Virus record (IMG/VR): IMGVR_UViG_3300045999_010033
Location: 1 to 64,000 of that record
DNA: 64,000 bases
Reading direction: 5' to 3' (one strand)
From: a virus
Made by a program: the position numbers and the translations under genes. Under the pieces are notes generated by a model. That model was not told where the DNA came from, did not search any database, and saw only the letters and a list, made by a program, of their open reading frames with translations. The number at the start of each line of letters is the position of its first letter. Within the stretch, counting starts at the first letter, position 1. Positions 18,598-28,621 of this stretch are shown here, one piece after another.

Positions 18598-18954
18598 TTA
18601 AAATGGCAGATCAACATTCCATTCCAAATATTCTTTTATAGCGATAACAAATGCATATGGGTTTAATATGTTTTTTGTTTGGATATCAAGTGCTGCTAAC
18701 TTTTTGGCATCATTTGCATTGTATCCATTGAATCTTATTTTTGCGGGCATTGTTGGTTCGAAGGTATGGGGCTCGATACACCATGGTCCTAACTTTGTTG
18801 AAAAGCGATTCATTCGTATAATGTAATGCTCATTTTTATACTCCACTTTAAACACATAATCTTTATCTTCTTCTATTAAGAATTGCACTATTACATTATC
18901 CGTCCAATATTGTCCTATCTTTCCTACACCATCTATAATCACTCGCGTTTTCAT
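18598..18954 (-). CDS. family C paralog 9 (divergent)
   Basis: Position in array; weak N-terminal similarity. Confidence 0.4.
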   Translation of the reverse strand: MKTRVIIDGVGKIGQYWTDNVIVQFLIEEDKDYVFKVEYKNEHYIIRMNRFSTKLGPWCIEPHTFEPTMPAKIRFNGYNANDAKKLAALDIQTKNILNPYAFVIAIKEYLEWNVDLPF

Positions 18955-18970
18955 AAACTTTTGAATATTA

Positions 18971-19291
18971 CTATTTACTACAATCTTCCATAAACTTTTC
19001 CAAGCAAGTGATAAAACCTTCCGGCCGGTGCATTAATATCATATAATTTAGAACTATGGTCTTTCCTGCTATAAATGTACCCAATTTTATTTTGTATGGG
19101 TGACGGTGCAGAAAGAGAGCTGGTGCTATTTCTACATCACGCATTAACGATACATTGTATAGTGTGCCTTTCCATTTCAGAAAGATGTCATAGGAACGTT
19201 CCATTTCTACTACCTCAATTACAGATAAGTTTTCTGTCCAAAGTTCGGAATATTTAAGTTTACGTATTCCATTTATTGTTAGCTTCCCCAT
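18971..19291 (-). CDS. family C paralog 10
   Basis: MGKLTINGIRKLK. Confidence 0.5.
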   Translation of the reverse strand: MGKLTINGIRKLKYSELWTENLSVIEVVEMERSYDIFLKWKGTLYNVSLMRDVEIAPALFLHRHPYKIKLGTFIAGKTIVLNYMILMHRPEGFITCLEKFMEDCSK

Positions 19292-19294
19292 ATC

Positions 19295-19588
19295 TTATAT
19301 ATTCGGCATCATTTCAGCAATTGTGTTTACAACCCCTGCTAATTTATCCGGTGATAATAATTCTGATTTAGAAATTTTATCCTGCCATAGACCACAAGAT
19401 ACATTATACGTTTCATCTATGTTTGGCGCTCTACTCAATTTCAATTCATACCACTTATTCCTATGCCCTTTTAGATAAAAAAGAATAATATAACAATCAT
19501 CCTTTATTTGAACTGCGGAAGTTACTACATTACTATGATTAATCCTGTCGGTAATACTCCCGATGTTTTCTATTGTAAGCATAATCAA
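19295..19588 (-). CDS. family C paralog 11
   Basis: MIMLTIENIGSI. Confidence 0.5.
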   Translation of the reverse strand: MIMLTIENIGSITDRINHSNVVTSAVQIKDDCYIILFYLKGHRNKWYELKLSRAPNIDETYNVSCGLWQDKISKSELLSPDKLAGVVNTIAEMMPNI

Positions 19589-20910
19589 TATTTGAATCCA
19601 ATTCGTGTAGGTTCTTCACTCTTATACTCTGCTTCGTTTATATTATAAATTTCGGTAAGGGTCATTGGTGTAGTAGTCGTATGACTGATACCCAAATGAT
19701 TTATCAAATTTTGTGCATCATCAGCAGGAAGTGCATCAAATTTGTGTTCAGCAATCAAACGACCTTTACGAAGTAGTGCCGTATCAATTTTTCGTTTATC
19801 CATATTGAATGTTGCTACAATCTGAATGTTAAGAATGTCAGAAAGAATACCATCGGTTAGGTTTAGGATATTAGATACACCCGTCGAACCATTTGTGTTC
19901 CTATCGGTAATAACACGTTCCGCATCTTCGATAAACAGAACGGAGTCCGAGTTCTGAATAAGAAACGGAGTCATTTCCGGCGATGTAATGAAGTCCGCAA
20001 GGTATGGTGGAATAAATAGGACACGCTTACCTTCTATCTTAGAAGCAAGATATTTAAGGTAGTGAGTCTTTCCAGTGCCAGGTACACCATGCAGTAGAAC
20101 CAGCCCTTTACCTTTTGTTTTGTTTAACTGTGTAATAATCTTTGTATGGATTGGAACGAAGTCCTTCCCATAGTTCAATTGAATATCCAATGTAGTTTGG
20201 GGTAGTTCAAATGGTGCAGTAGTATAACCACGTTGGGTTGACATAACCAAATGTACATTGTTAATTTTAACCTTTAGCTTTCTGAAGGCTGATTTCATAA
20301 TATCAACTGCCTTTTGATATTCGGCAACATCTCCATTAGAATGTACATAACAATATCCATTATCTCTATCAACTCGATTAGTGTTTTTGTATTCAATTGG
20401 ACTGAGTGATATTACAATATAACCCGATTTTGTTTTCTTTTCTAAAATATACTCAGTTGTCCAGTGCTTTTTATCAATAGCACAATCCTTTGAAAATATA
20501 ACATTGTAACCATTAGCTATTAATCCATCGTATGCTTTTGCACTATCGAAGCCGGTATCCATATCCGATTCGGCTTCAAAGAAGTGTGTTATAACATTGC
20601 CGGTTTCAGTATAAATGTAATTGCTTATTGGGAACGACCCGGCCTCTACTGGTTTATAAAATGTACTATTAGTAACGGGCAATGTTGTCATTGAATGTAG
20701 TTTTTCTTCCAACCTAAATAATTTGCTTGACTCTTCTCCACTTTCTATCATTGATTCCATTTTACTCAAATTTTTTATAAACTCACGCGTATCGGTTCTA
20801 TCGAGATGTGGCTCGGTATGTATTTTCTCAGCTAAATTCATCGTATCCATAATGATTGATTTACTCAAAGATACGAAAATTTCCGTAAAAAACAAAATCC
20901 CTTTATTCAA
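19585..20910 (-). CDS. classic AAA-family ATPase
   Basis: Walker A 'GVPGTGKT', Walker B 'LFIED', second region of homology 'ALLRKGRL'. Confidence 0.6.
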   Translation of the reverse strand: MNKGILFFTEIFVSLSKSIIMDTMNLAEKIHTEPHLDRTDTREFIKNLSKMESMIESGEESSKLFRLEEKLHSMTTLPVTNSTFYKPVEAGSFPISNYIYTETGNVITHFFEAESDMDTGFDSAKAYDGLIANGYNVIFSKDCAIDKKHWTTEYILEKKTKSGYIVISLSPIEYKNTNRVDRDNGYCYVHSNGDVAEYQKAVDIMKSAFRKLKVKINNVHLVMSTQRGYTTAPFELPQTTLDIQLNYGKDFVPIHTKIITQLNKTKGKGLVLLHGVPGTGKTHYLKYLASKIEGKRVLFIPPYLADFITSPEMTPFLIQNSDSVLFIEDAERVITDRNTNGSTGVSNILNLTDGILSDILNIQIVATFNMDKRKIDTALLRKGRLIAEHKFDALPADDAQNLINHLGISHTTTTPMTLTEIYNINEAEYKSEEPTRIGFKY

Positions 20911-21004
20911 AGGGATTCATTTTACTTTTTTCTATTTATACGTTTGGATATTTTTGCCATACGTTTTCTACTTTTAGCCTTTCGTTGGCGATGGGTAAGC
21001 GTTT

Positions 21005-21343
21005 TCATATCATGTATGGTTTAGCGTGTTTATTAACTATCATTTGCTCATTAACGTTTAACCCATCTTTGTATATAGTTGCTATCGGACGTTTATATTT
21101 ATCTAAATTTCTTGAGGATATTTTCACTTTATCGCCGGGTTTCAATATAGTTTCAAGATAAGCCTTAGCCTTTTGGGCCGATTCTTTTAAAATAGGGTCT
21201 TCCGACTTAAGTTCATCAGAATTTATACCATAGAAACGTATATTCGTTTCCCATGTCATATAAAATCCCAAATCAATTTTAGCTTTAATCGTATCGCCAT
21301 CTATTACTTTAATGATTTCTGCGTTGTAATTGTATAATTCCAT
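21005..21343 (-). CDS. staphylococcal-nuclease-like (thermonuclease) protein
   Basis: 'VIDGDTIK' SNase signature; 112 aa. Confidence 0.5.
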   Translation of the reverse strand: MELYNYNAEIIKVIDGDTIKAKIDLGFYMTWETNIRFYGINSDELKSEDPILKESAQKAKAYLETILKPGDKVKISSRNLDKYKRPIATIYKDGLNVNEQMIVNKHAKPYMI

Positions 21344-21364
21344 TTACGTTTTAGTATAAATATC

Positions 21365-21550
21365 TTATTCAACTACTTTTTGATATAGTTTTTGAATTAA
21401 TACCGTCGGAAGCATCATGGGCCATAAGAGCACCCATCCCAAAGGAAGAAGCCAATCGCCATCGGTATCAATCTTTCTGATTGCTCCATTTACAAAGGCG
21501 TATACAATACCACCTATAAACCAAATCATTGCTAATGTTTCTGTTGACAT
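21365..21550 (-). CDS. small membrane protein
   Basis: Two hydrophobic helices. Confidence 0.4.
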   Translation of the reverse strand: MSTETLAMIWFIGGIVYAFVNGAIRKIDTDGDWLLPLGWVLLWPMMLPTVLIQKLYQKVVE

Positions 21551-21560
21551 AATTTTTATT

Positions 21561-21800
21561 TTAATCGTTTATCGTTTCTAATTCTTCTATCTTGTTTACA
21601 AATATATATTCGTTTGTTTGTGTATTCTTAAATATGTGTTCTGCATTGTAGCACTTTTTTAATAGTTCTATCCCATCACTATCTAATTCTTTTTTTAGTT
21701 TTTCTGCTTTCAATACGTGGACCACTTCGTAAAGTATATCGTTTATCTTTGTAAGATTTGGTTTTCTCATTTCCAAAATATTTGTATAAGAATAATACAC
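21561..21800 (-). CDS. hypothetical protein
   Basis: ORF track. Confidence 0.4.
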   Translation of the reverse strand: MYYSYTNILEMRKPNLTKINDILYEVVHVLKAEKLKKELDSDGIELLKKCYNAEHIFKNTQTNEYIFVNKIEELETIND

Positions 21801-22108
21801 ACTGCTAAAAACAAAGTAAGTAATGTTTTTATAGTGAACGGCTCTTTAAAAAATATCTCTGTCAGAATTGTAAAGACAAATATACCAATAGCGAAACCTA
21901 TAAGACGAGATGGCCACACCTGTCCATCAAATGATAGGACAAAGCATTCAACTGATTTGATGTATAAGAATGTAAGTGGCAGAGATAGTAAGTATACTGC
22001 TATCGGATAGCGTTCATACCAATTCCATTTGATATTCCCTTGTAATTGGAAATATGTTAGTATTTGGGCAAGTATTGCGTAGCAAATGCCCACTCCTAAT
22101 TTACTCAT
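21767..22108 (-). CDS. integral membrane protein
   Basis: Multiple hydrophobic segments. Confidence 0.45.
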   Translation of the reverse strand: MSKLGVGICYAILAQILTYFQLQGNIKWNWYERYPIAVYLLSLPLTFLYIKSVECFVLSFDGQVWPSRLIGFAIGIFVFTILTEIFFKEPFTIKTLLTLFLAVCIILIQIFWK

Positions 22109-22124
22109 AACCTTTTTTATTTTA

Positions 22125-22310
22125 TTATTCGAAGTCTTCCTCTTCTTCTATGCCGTATCCACTATTAATGTCATCATTGTAAATGATATCTTCAATTTGT
22201 TCCGCATCTTCAAAAACACTATCTAACAATTTGTGATAAATGCCATCATCGTCAATGGACTTTAGATTTTCTTTTATTTTGCCCACTATCTTTAGTATTT
22301 CTTTTTTCAT
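22125..22310 (-). CDS. hypothetical acidic protein
   Basis: ORF track. Confidence 0.35.
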   Translation of the reverse strand: MKKEILKIVGKIKENLKSIDDDGIYHKLLDSVFEDAEQIEDIIYNDDINSGYGIEEEEDFE

Positions 22311-22635
22311 CCGTTTTAGATTTTTCTATAAGTATTTGCAAATCACGAATTTTCGCGCATAGTTCATATTCCTCTATCGAAAGAAAATAATTCATAGCTT
22401 TATCAAGTGTGATATCGGCGTTTTCTTTCCGAACAATAAGAACAATGTTTTCTACAAAATTTGTGATTAGAATAGCTTGTGTAAAATCTAAATTTTTGTT
22501 TATTAGTATTTCTATGTAACGAACTAACTCGGAATGTATAATATACCTATTGGCCTTCAACCAACTTGATATTGGTTGATTACCCAAATCAATGTGCAAC
22601 ACGGCCGGGTCATTTACTTCATCCGATTTTTTCAC
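22252..22635 (-). CDS. hypothetical protein
   Basis: ORF track; overlaps previous ORF, one of the two may be mis-called. Confidence 0.4.
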   Translation of the reverse strand: MKKSDEVNDPAVLHIDLGNQPISSWLKANRYIIHSELVRYIEILINKNLDFTQAILITNFVENIVLIVRKENADITLDKAMNYFLSIEEYELCAKIRDLQILIEKSKTDEKRNTKDSGQNKRKSKVH

Positions 22636-22855
22636 TACGTTTACTTTTTGAATTTAAGTATAAATAAGATAAAAAGAATAGAATTGAAATGGAATAAAAA
22701 ATTATATCGGTTTTCCAATATGACCCTGTCCAATCCAAAACAATTTTGAATAGTATATCGAACCCGAATGGATTGAAAAACATTGCTAACATCAGAAACG
22801 ATGTCTTTAACAATTCCATGTAATTTGTTTTTATTTGTTTTATTTTTACTCTCAC
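22619..22855 (-). CDS. small membrane protein
   Basis: Hydrophobic. Confidence 0.4.
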   Translation of the reverse strand: MRVKIKQIKTNYMELLKTSFLMLAMFFNPFGFDILFKIVLDWTGSYWKTDIIFYSISILFFLSYLYLNSKSKRSEKIG

Positions 22856-22930
22856 CCTCGTCCATTTGATTTGCGTTTCGTGAATAATACTATAACTTTA
22901 GTATAAGTATAATACATTATACAATACTAT

Positions 22931-23167
22931 CTATATTCCATCGGACGAATCATCTTCTCGCATTTCTTCTTCGTAAAGATTTGCCATTTGTATAACACCA
23001 TCTCTCCAAGTTTCTTCGGAAAACTGACATCCAATTGCCAATCTACGAAATACCTCCAGCAATTCATTTATATCCATATCTGAATATGCTTTTGTAATTT
23101 TAATTTCTTCGCCATATACATTTGCTGAAAATTCAGCTGGTGGATTCGGAAATCTATTTAAAATCAT
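22931..23167 (-). CDS. hypothetical protein
   Basis: ORF track. Confidence 0.45.
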   Translation of the reverse strand: MILNRFPNPPAEFSANVYGEEIKITKAYSDMDINELLEVFRRLAIGCQFSEETWRDGVIQMANLYEEEMREDDSSDGI

Positions 23168-23218
23168 AGTTTTGTTTTTTGTGGGGTCGGCGATATTACC
23201 GACCCCATTGTTATTGTA

Positions 23219-24169
23219 TTACTTATTCAAGTTCAAAATAAACCCACCACCATTATCCGATGTTACAACGCTTGGTACATTACTACCGCCTGCCCTCCAA
23301 GCTTCAATCCATTGTTGTTGGATAAGCATCGGTGTAAGAGTTTGCTGCTTCAATCGGTTTGATTCCGCTTCGGCCTTTGCTCGGGTCAGCATAGATTGTG
23401 CTTCACCTTCTGCTTGCGCCACTTTAATTTTGGCTTCAGCCTCAGCGGTTTTCACATCGTTCTCTGCTTTGAGAGCGGCTTGTACTGCATTGTTTTTAGC
23501 ATTGATTGCGTTTTTGAAAGTTTCAGGATAAATAAGGTTAGATGTAAACTGATTAACAATAAATCCTTCATTCAATAATTGTGTTTCCAAAATACGTCTT
23601 ACTTCAACTTCATAGTTTTGACGGTTTCCAATAAGCTCATCCGCCGTATATTTGTTAGTAGCCAGTCGGAACGCATCAAATACTGCGGTTTTCAAAAAGC
23701 CTTCTTCGATTTGATCCAAGCTTCTACGATACTTTGAAAAGATTTGAGGAACTTTCTCACGTTTTACCGAATAGTTAATAATAGGTGATACGTGGAACTC
23801 CGAACCATCCTTTGAGTTTACGATAAATGAATTATCACCGGTATATTCTTTGTGTTGAATAAATGTAGGGAACTCATAGATATTATGCGTAATCGGATTA
23901 TAGAATACCATACCGGTTACTTCGGTGACATCACTTACGCCTTTGTTATCACCATACAAATTCACTTTAACACCAACATGCCCTGCATCAATTCGTTCAC
24001 ACGATGCAAAAAGCAAAATAGAAATCAAAATACCAAGTACTGCTGCGAAAATAACCTTTACCATTTTTTTAATTTTTAATTGTTGTTTTAATTTTTCTTG
24101 TTTTATTTCTTCTTCTTGCTCTTTTTGTCGGCGAGCATACCTTTGTTCGAAACTTTCATAATTAGCCAT
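23219..24169 (-). CDS. SPFH/band-7 (prohibitin/HflK-like) membrane protein
   Basis: N-terminal TM helix, band-7 core, C-terminal coiled coil 'KVAQAEGEAQS...AKAEAESNRLKQQ'. Confidence 0.65.
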   Translation of the reverse strand: MANYESFEQRYARRQKEQEEEIKQEKLKQQLKIKKMVKVIFAAVLGILISILLFASCERIDAGHVGVKVNLYGDNKGVSDVTEVTGMVFYNPITHNIYEFPTFIQHKEYTGDNSFIVNSKDGSEFHVSPIINYSVKREKVPQIFSKYRRSLDQIEEGFLKTAVFDAFRLATNKYTADELIGNRQNYEVEVRRILETQLLNEGFIVNQFTSNLIYPETFKNAINAKNNAVQAALKAENDVKTAEAEAKIKVAQAEGEAQSMLTRAKAEAESNRLKQQTLTPMLIQQQWIEAWRAGGSNVPSVVTSDNGGGFILNLNK

Positions 24170-24171
24170 AA

Positions 24172-24453
24172 TTAACTTTCTTTAACGTTTTCTTCTTTTT
24201 TGTTTTTTATTTGGTTTAATTCTGCTTCAACTGTACTATGGATTCCATCCGAACTCCATATATCATATGCAAATAAGTAGACGGTATAGAATATCAGTAT
24301 AATGCCCAAAAAGGCACTGATGCTATTAAGTGCAGTATCACTTGCAGTTAGGCCGGGGAAAATCACAAACTCAAACATAATGAGTATTGCGAATATTTTC
24401 AATACCGTGCTAATAACTTTCTGCACTGCTTTTCTTTTTAAGAATTCTTTCAT
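24172..24453 (-). CDS. small membrane protein
   Basis: Two TM helices. Confidence 0.45.
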   Translation of the reverse strand: MKEFLKRKAVQKVISTVLKIFAILIMFEFVIFPGLTASDTALNSISAFLGIILIFYTVYLFAYDIWSSDGIHSTVEAELNQIKNKKEENVKES

Positions 24454-24459
24454 TGTTTT

Positions 24460-24660
24460 TTATTTTCTTTTACGATTATCAATACTCATAGGAAAATATG
24501 GAATACCATCCAATACGATAGAGTGTACCACGTGACCAGTTTCTTCATTTTTGAATACGTTTGCCTTTTCAGGGTATGCTGTCCATATCAATCCATCCAA
24601 AGCCACTTTATCTTCGGACAATCTTTTGAATGTTTTTAGTTCAATAGTTTCTTGCGCCAT
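24460..24660 (-). CDS. hypothetical protein
   Basis: ORF track. Confidence 0.4.
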   Translation of the reverse strand: MAQETIELKTFKRLSEDKVALDGLIWTAYPEKANVFKNEETGHVVHSIVLDGIPYFPMSIDNRKRK

Positions 24661-24673
24661 TTTTTTTGTTTTG

Positions 24674-24883
24674 TTATATAAAAAGTTTAATTAATAAAAT
24701 AAAGTATATAAAGTTCGTTGGGCCAATAAACCAAAAGAACACATCCCTTCGGTTTTGGCGTTGTTCGGGTGTTTTAGAATCCAACATCCATTCTGCTATT
24801 TCACCAAAGTAAAATACTGAAATTATTGGAATCCACCAAATCCATTTTGTATTGTATAGTTCTTCATACATTTGATTTACCAT
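24674..24883 (-). CDS. WWIP-motif small membrane protein (paralog of 26464..26661)
   Basis: 'KWIWWIPIISVFYFGE' vs 'KWYWWIPIIGLYFIEE'. Confidence 0.5.
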   Translation of the reverse strand: MVNQMYEELYNTKWIWWIPIISVFYFGEIAEWMLDSKTPEQRQNRRDVFFWFIGPTNFIYFILLIKLFI

Positions 24884-25449
24884 TTAATTCGTGTCTTCAC
24901 TTCGGTAATATGTTTACAAGTCTTCGGAGTTTGTTTTGAGAACATATACCCCGGACAACTACATTCCCAATATTCGTCCGCAGTAAGTGTTACCGTATAA
25001 TAGTCCGTGCCATTTGAAGATTTGACTATATATGGTCTATTTTCCGAAACGACGAGTGGTATATTACTCAAATCCATCGTAGATTTATTTAGCTTTACAT
25101 AGTTTGGATAGTCGGTATTTCCTTTTAAGAAATTGATAAACATATTGTATAATCCACAAACTTCAGAATAAAACAGTCCTACCGACTGGACATTACTTTT
25201 ATAAAAGGGTAGATAAGTATCGTGCCATATACCGGAGTGCCCCGCCCCTCTAAGGCACACTCTAATATGAAGTTTTTCATTTTTCCAATCCATTGCACAT
25301 AAAAGCGCATCCACACGTTCATCTTCAGGAAAAATCCAAAATGAATCAGGAGCCGCATTCCGGTCTGCGATTACAATACGAAACCCATTTTGTGTCTTTT
25401 TTGGTTCGGCGTAATCTGCCAACTTTTGAAATCCTATCGGTTTGTTCAT
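24877..25449 (-). CDS. SWIM zinc-finger protein
   Basis: 'CSCPGYMFSKQTPKTCKHITEV' CxC...CxH SWIM signature at C-terminus. Confidence 0.55.
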   Translation of the reverse strand: MNKPIGFQKLADYAEPKKTQNGFRIVIADRNAAPDSFWIFPEDERVDALLCAMDWKNEKLHIRVCLRGAGHSGIWHDTYLPFYKSNVQSVGLFYSEVCGLYNMFINFLKGNTDYPNYVKLNKSTMDLSNIPLVVSENRPYIVKSSNGTDYYTVTLTADEYWECSCPGYMFSKQTPKTCKHITEVKTRIKW

Positions 25450-25691
25450 ACATTGTTATTTTTTACCGAGTTCATAAAACGTGCTTTCGGGTCGTCAAAC
25501 ATATTGGAAAATTCACTATCTAACTTTCCAGCTTCATATGCCGCATCGGCCAATTCCATACGTTGGTCTTCCTCCATTTGTTTGGCGTGTTCAAAGATGT
25601 TAGGCCTTTCTCCTTGTGGAGTACCGTACTCTACTTTGTAAAGATGTTCGAATAACCATTCAACTGCCGTTTGCTTTTTAATTTCTGACAT
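25446..25691 (-). CDS. hypothetical protein
   Basis: ORF track. Confidence 0.4.
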   Translation of the reverse strand: MSEIKKQTAVEWLFEHLYKVEYGTPQGERPNIFEHAKQMEEDQRMELADAAYEAGKLDSEFSNMFDDPKARFMNSVKNNNV

Positions 25692-25705
25692 AAAAAATAT
25701 TTTAA

Positions 25706-26035
25706 TTATAAAAGTTTATTCCATACCAATCTTTCTGCTATGAATTTAAGGAAAGCGATAAATGTATCCGATGTCTTTATACTATCGAGATCAATAGATG
25801 CATCCTGAACAACATACGTTCCAACATTTCCGCTGCCTCTCTCACATTTTTTTACATTAAAAGAATTTACCTTCCAGTTAAACTCAAACCATAAAGCGTG
25901 TCCGTTAAATATATCATGCACATCTTCATATACCCATACATTATTATTCCATGTCTCTGCTTCAATACGGCATTCTACATTATCAATTCGGAATCTAGCA
26001 TCATGTATCTTGTTAAAGTTGTTAATAGTCACCAT
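25706..26035 (-). CDS. hypothetical protein
   Basis: ORF track. Confidence 0.45.
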   Translation of the reverse strand: MVTINNFNKIHDARFRIDNVECRIEAETWNNNVWVYEDVHDIFNGHALWFEFNWKVNSFNVKKCERGSGNVGTYVVQDASIDLDSIKTSDTFIAFLKFIAERLVWNKLL

Positions 26036-26119
26036 AGTGTTAATTTTTTAATATTAAATACGTTAACATAGTCACCAATGCAATTAATCCCCAAAACGAT
26101 TGGTCTTTTAGATATCGTT

Positions 26120-26464
26120 TCATTTACGTTTCTTTTTAGATTTTGCTTCTATAATATGTTTACAATCTCTGCCTCGTCCGAAAGCATGGGCGGGACAGTT
26201 ACAAGTCCAAAAATCATCATCGGATTTCACTTCATAGATTTCACCTTTACTACCAACATAATGCCATTCGCCATTTGGTTTACGTTTCGGTGTTTCTGGT
26301 TTCGGTTGGATAGTTTCTTTAATCCACAATTTTTCCAATTCATTCCAACTATACTGCCGACTAACCTCAATCCACTTTCCATTTGCGATGATGTACCATC
26401 TCCCACTTACGGGGCCCTGAACACAAGTGGGAGGATAAAAACTTTTGAACTTTTCCATAAACAC
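26120..26464 (-). CDS. SWIM zinc-finger protein (second copy)
   Basis: 'CNCPAHAFGRGRDCKHIIEA'. Confidence 0.55.
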   Translation of the reverse strand: MFMEKFKSFYPPTCVQGPVSGRWYIIANGKWIEVSRQYSWNELEKLWIKETIQPKPETPKRKPNGEWHYVGSKGEIYEVKSDDDFWTCNCPAHAFGRGRDCKHIIEAKSKKKRK

Positions 26465-26661
26465 TATTTAGATACTAAAAGAATTATTAGAACCAATCCC
26501 AATACGTGATATGCCATATTGAAATAAGCGATTAACATTCGTTTTACATAAACAGATGTTTCGATGGAATCAAATACCCATCCGGACATTTCCTCAATGA
26601 AGTATAGCCCGATTATGGGAATCCACCAATACCATTTAGTATTTAGTATTTCCGTTTTCAT
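26464..26661 (-). CDS. WWIP-motif small membrane protein
   Basis: Paralog of 24674..24883. Confidence 0.5.
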   Translation of the reverse strand: MKTEILNTKWYWWIPIIGLYFIEEMSGWVFDSIETSVYVKRMLIAYFNMAYHVLGLVLIILLVSK

Positions 26662-26824
26662 ATAATTTATTATTTAATCCTTTTAAGATATTCCTTTTTA
26701 ATATGGATTTGTTTGATTGATTCGGTTTGATTTGCTAATTGTGCCACCTTTGAAAAGGAGATACCCTTCAGTTGAAAGGTATCTCCGTTCATAGTGGTTA
26801 CTACGATATCAAATAGTGTTTTCA

Positions 26825-27073
26825 TTAGTTATGCTTCATTCCCTTCATAACTCCATACCCTTGCCGAGCGGCCAATCTATTGATATTGTCAGCAATGTCT
26901 TTTGGTACGACTTGAATTGTGTTACCGGTTTTGTGATTGGTGACCGGAATACCACCAACTTGTTCAACGGTAGAACAATTAACGCAGGATTTGTAGCCAT
27001 ACTTAACGAGTCGAAGTTTGGGCATCTTACCACCACATTTGATGCACGTAGTCATTTCAAGTTTTACTTTCAT
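26825..27073 (-). CDS. C4 zinc-finger protein (DksA/TraR-like)
   Basis: CIKCGG...17 aa...CVNC. Confidence 0.45.
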   Translation of the reverse strand: MKVKLEMTTCIKCGGKMPKLRLVKYGYKSCVNCSTVEQVGGIPVTNHKTGNTIQVVPKDIADNINRLAARQGYGVMKGMKHN

Positions 27074-27104
27074 ACAAAAAGATTTATAAGTTTTATAAAA
27101 TAAT

Positions 27105-28598
27105 TCACTTCAATTTAGAACGAATCTCATCGAAGGTAATCCGATTGTGGAATGTACCATCTTTGTAGATAGTATTCAACGCACCATGTCGTTCTTCTTC
27201 CCAAGATACTTTATCCTTCAGTTCATAGTTTTTATGATGAAGTTTACCCAATGAATCGGATTCCATTACTTCAACTACCTGCAACAAACCAGTAGCAGAT
27301 TTCTTTGTACCATCATCGGTGATAGGGTCTTTGAAGATTTCTCTACCTTCTTCGTTCACTTCAACATAAGTAGCCTTCATAGCGAAACCGAATGTATCGC
27401 GTGTGTTGTACTGATATGTGAATGAACCCACACCGAACACAATGTTAGTCGAAGCGAATCCCTTACTAGCGAGCCTTTGGCAAATTTCCTCAGCCCTCTC
27501 AAGCGTAATAGAGTCACCATAGATTGCTCCAATGTGAGGGTCTAATACTTTGTAACCCTGCTCATTGATTGTACCGCCAAACACATCCCAAAGCAATTCA
27601 ATCACACCTTTATATGAAGGATGTGTTGCTTGTTCCGCCGAGTACATATCAGGCTTTGTGTTTAAACCACACACAATATCGGTAGGATTACCACTATCAG
27701 GTCTGATTACCAATTTACCATCACGTGCCATAATCTTATCTTTCAGTACAACAACGTGCTCCGTACATACTTTCCACAAGTCCCAAGTATCGGATACAAC
27801 CGAAAGGATACCGGTGGGATATGTGTCCAACAATCTACTGAACGTTCCGATTTCATCATCTTTACTACCTGCACACATTACACTATGTTCGGTTGCATTT
27901 ACACTACCAACAACCATACCTTTTGCTCCATAGAATTTGCGAGCACCGTGAATTACTGGAAGACTATCCGACCCCAAGAACGATGTGGCATGTCCAAGAC
28001 CAGAACTGATTGTTACATCAATACTATCAAGACCACGCATTGAGAAGTCATGTGCCTGCCAATCAACAAACCACGCACGTTCCTTGTCCGTTTTATCCTG
28101 CCACTTCGTCAATACTTTACGATATTGATGTGCTATGGTAGCGGATGTCATAGGCTTCCAAAGCAAGTTAGAAATAATAGTTTCCAAATAGTTCGTAATC
28201 CAATAGAAATCGGGGTGAGTATTACGAATGGTCAGAACCGGCACCTTAATAGGAACGGTAGTACCTTCGGTGATTGCTTTCACTTCAATCGGAAGATAAC
28301 CCAAATCGTGCAACCTTTCAAAGTGCGAAACATCATAGTCAGTACCAAGGTAAAGACTCAGTTCCTCTTTGATTTCAGCGATAACTACATCCTTTGGCTG
28401 ACTGAAAAATTCCTTTTCAAAAGCCTCGTGGATTTCCATCATAACCATTTGCTGTCCAAACGATACGACTTCATCACATCCTTTAGGAGCGTGTTTGTTA
28501 CTACGCGGTGTGAAGTTTGAATATACCATAGTCGTACCTTTGGGATATTGTTGATGGTGTCCTGTCTTGTAACCGTCAGTAAGAAGAAGCGGATTCAT
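27105..28598 (-). CDS. nicotinamide phosphoribosyltransferase family protein (NAMPT/NadV-like; candidate Namat of NARP1)
   Basis: 497 aa; N-terminal 'LLTDGYKTGHHQQYP' matches the NAMPT 'DSYK.THYKQYP' signature. Confidence 0.8.
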   Translation of the reverse strand: MNPLLLTDGYKTGHHQQYPKGTTMVYSNFTPRSNKHAPKGCDEVVSFGQQMVMMEIHEAFEKEFFSQPKDVVIAEIKEELSLYLGTDYDVSHFERLHDLGYLPIEVKAITEGTTVPIKVPVLTIRNTHPDFYWITNYLETIISNLLWKPMTSATIAHQYRKVLTKWQDKTDKERAWFVDWQAHDFSMRGLDSIDVTISSGLGHATSFLGSDSLPVIHGARKFYGAKGMVVGSVNATEHSVMCAGSKDDEIGTFSRLLDTYPTGILSVVSDTWDLWKVCTEHVVVLKDKIMARDGKLVIRPDSGNPTDIVCGLNTKPDMYSAEQATHPSYKGVIELLWDVFGGTINEQGYKVLDPHIGAIYGDSITLERAEEICQRLASKGFASTNIVFGVGSFTYQYNTRDTFGFAMKATYVEVNEEGREIFKDPITDDGTKKSATGLLQVVEVMESDSLGKLHHKNYELKDKVSWEEERHGALNTIYKDGTFHNRITFDEIRSKLK

Positions 28599-28621
28599 AA
28601 TATATGTGTTTATTGTTTGAA

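Noticed and set aside
19585-20910. PhoH-like annotation for the 441-aa ATPase
   Set aside because: The second-region-of-homology motif 'ALLRKGRL' and the Walker B DE context indicate a classic AAA-family ATPase rather than the PhoH P-loop family.
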